NCBI GenBank assembly: GCA_044070495.1
Contig: JBIPSI010000002.1
Span: 96,001 to 160,000 of the forward strand
DNA: 64,000 nucleotides
Direction: 5' to 3'
DNA from: Spirulina sp.
Lineage (GTDB): Bacteria; Cyanobacteriota; Cyanobacteriia; Phormidesmidales; Phormidesmidaceae
Position numbers and translations under genes: made by a program. Below the pieces are notes generated by a model that was not told where the DNA came from, did not search any database, and worked only from the letters and a program-made list of their open reading frames with translations. Below are positions 62,180 to 64,000 of the stretch, piece by piece. The stretch's first letter is position 1; each line of letters begins with the position of its first letter.

Positions 62180-63076
62180 TCACGAATCTGCCCTTGACGG
62201 AAATAGTTGATGAATCGCGGCCCCTGGATCGGGCTGTCGCATCAGCGATTCCCCTACCAGTATGGCACTGGCTCCAGAAGTAGCCAAGGTTTGCACATCT
62301 TCGGCGGTGAAAATGCCGGATTCGGCTACGACTAGGGCATTTCTGGCTTGCAGTTCAGCTCGTCGGGCGGTAATCAGGGTTTCGGTGGTGGCCAGGTCGG
62401 TGGTGAAGGTTTCTAGGTCACGGTTGTTGATGCCGATTAGCGTTACCGCCGGGATTGCCAGCACCCGATCCAGTTCCTCCAGGGTGTGAACCTCGACCAA
62501 GGCCGCCATGCCCAGGGCCTTAGCGATTTGGACAAAGTAGCTCAGGTCTTTGTCGGACAAAATGGCCGCAATCAGCAGCACCGCATCGGCCCCTTTGCAG
62601 CGGGCCAGGTACATCTGGTAGGGGTAGATGATGAACTCCTTGCAGAGCAACGGAATCTCTACCGCCTGCCGCACCTGGGCTAGGTACTCAAAATCGCCCT
62701 GGAAGAAGGCTTTGTCTGTGAGTACCGAGAGGCAAGCGGCCCCGTGGCGGGCGTAGGTTTGGGCAATGGCCACGGGGTCAAAGTCTTCGCGGATCACGCC
62801 CTTGCTGGGGGAGGCTTTTTTGACCTCGGCAATTAACGCCGGAGTGGTTGGCCCCTGGCGCAGGGCGGCAATGAAGTCCCTGGCTGGAAGAGCAGTCAAC
62901 ACCTGGCGCTGAAGGTCGGCCAAGGGGAGGCGTTCCCGCAGTTGGGTCACCTCTTTTTCCTTGTGCCAAACGATTTTTTCCAGAATGTTACGCGGTTCGG
63001 CGTCGGGGGCTGGGACTTGGTAATGCAAATGCTTCACCGCAACAGGGGGATTGGGGGGACGACGGCGGATGGTCAT
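62180..63076 (-). CDS. trpC: Indole-3-glycerol phosphate synthase
   Basis: [24 protein letters not shown] and ESGI motifs. Confidence 0.96.
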   Translation of the reverse strand: MTIRRRPPNPPVAVKHLHYQVPAPDAEPRNILEKIVWHKEKEVTQLRERLPLADLQRQVLTALPARDFIAALRQGPTTPALIAEVKKASPSKGVIREDFDPVAIAQTYARHGAACLSVLTDKAFFQGDFEYLAQVRQAVEIPLLCKEFIIYPYQMYLARCKGADAVLLIAAILSDKDLSYFVQIAKALGMAALVEVHTLEELDRVLAIPAVTLIGINNRDLETFTTDLATTETLITARRAELQARNALVVAESGIFTAEDVQTLATSGASAILVGESLMRQPDPGAAIHQLFPSRADS

Positions 63077-64000
63077 ACGGGCACCACCACCGCTCGCTTG
63101 AAGGCTTCATCCATCACCTCAGAGAGGGTGGGGTGGGTGTGGACGCAGAAGGACAGATCGGTCACCGTTTGCCCCTGGTGGATGGCGTTGGCGGCTTCTT
63201 GGATCAAATCCGCCGCATGGAGTCCAATAATATGCGCCCCCAGGATTTCCCCGGTGTCTTTGCGGTAGATCACCTTGGCCAAGCCCTCGGTTTCTCCTTC
63301 CGCTAGGGCTTTGGAATTGCCCTTGAAGTAGCTGCGTACGGTGTCGATGGCGAATCCTTCGGCCTCGGCCTTTTGTTTGGCGGCGGGTTCCGTCAGCCCC
63401 ACAAAGCTGACTTCGGGATGGGTGAAGGCGGCGGCGGGGATGCTCATGTAGTTAACGGTGCGATCCTGACCGCAGATGTTCTCGACGGTGATCACCCCCT
63501 GGGCAGAGGCGGCGTGGGCCAGCATCATCTTGCCCGTGGCGTCGCCAATCGCCCACAGGTGAGGCACGGGTTCGCCGTTGCGGGTCACTTGCAGGCGGTC
63601 GTTGACGGGGATGAACCCACGCCGATCAAGCTCCACGCCCACTCGCTCTAGGCCCATGTTCTTGGCAGCGGGAATGCGTCCGGTGGCCACCAGGCAGGCA
63701 TCCACCTCCAGGACTTCTACCACTTCCTTGGTTTCCCGGTCGGCCAGTTCAATCACCACGGGGTTGCCGGGGGTGATGGTTTTGGCGATTAGTCCGGCGC
63801 GGGTATCAATATCACGCGGCGCAATCAGCACCCGCTGGGCCACCTTGGCAATGTCGGGGTCGAAGGTGGGCATGAGCTGATCGAGGGCTTCGATGATGGT
63901 GACTTCGCAGCCCAGGGCGGTGTAAATATCGGAAAATTCTAGGCCAATGTAGCCGCTGCCGATGATGGCGATCCAGTCCGGTAGCCAGTCCAGCTTCAGG
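63073..64000 (-). CDS. lpdA: Dihydrolipoyl dehydrogenase, 5' end outside the window
   Basis: The frame stays open to 64000 ([11 protein letters not shown]). Also [11 protein letters not shown] and HTHPTLSE motifs. Confidence 0.95.
   Translation of the reverse strand, partial: LKLDWLPDWIAIIGSGYIGLEFSDIYTALGCEVTIIEALDQLMPTFDPDIAKVAQRVLIAPRDIDTRAGLIAKTITPGNPVVIELADRETKEVVEVLEVDACLVATGRIPAAKNMGLERVGVELDRRGFIPVNDRLQVTRNGEPVPHLWAIGDATGKMMLAHAASAQGVITVENICGQDRTVNYMSIPAAAFTHPEVSFVGLTEPAAKQKAEAEGFAIDTVRSYFKGNSKALAEGETEGLAKVIYRKDTGEILGAHIIGLHAADLIQEAANAIHQGQTVTDLSFCVHTHPTLSEVMDEAFKRAVVVPV

Overview
Chromosomal window from a GC-rich cyanobacterium, probably a Leptolyngbya/Nodosilinea-like filamentous lineage (inferred from gene content: sigA, Fed2, three Uma2 genes, PTPA-CTERM, DUF4327, DUF5340, NtcA boxes). 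Most of it is housekeeping: dnaG, sigA, thrS, hisIE, prfC, groEL2, clpB, a clpC paralog, trpC, lpdA, corA, cobH, rbsK, egtB/egtD, tRNA-Ser(GGA) and tRNA-Val(TAC). Regulatory elements include a TPP riboswitch, a CIRCE operator and two NtcA-type promoters. The intergenic spaces hold MITE-like and REP-like repeats. I saw no CRISPR array, rRNA, prophage or intact transposase. The most notable leads are: (1) a 96-aa protein that appears to fuse a Nif11-type domain to an AtpTheta (atpT)-like ATP synthase inhibitor motif, divergent from a non-canonical ClpC; (2) a lower-GC two-gene cassette of a PTPA-CTERM surface protein and a sterol desaturase-family gene; (3) a stand-alone biuret hydrolase behind a perfect NtcA promoter; (4) apparent absence of HIP1/CGATCG together with frequent CCTAGG; (5) a scar made of an SNF2 helicase N-terminus cut by an IS1 remnant. 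All family assignments come from motif recognition by eye; no searches were run.
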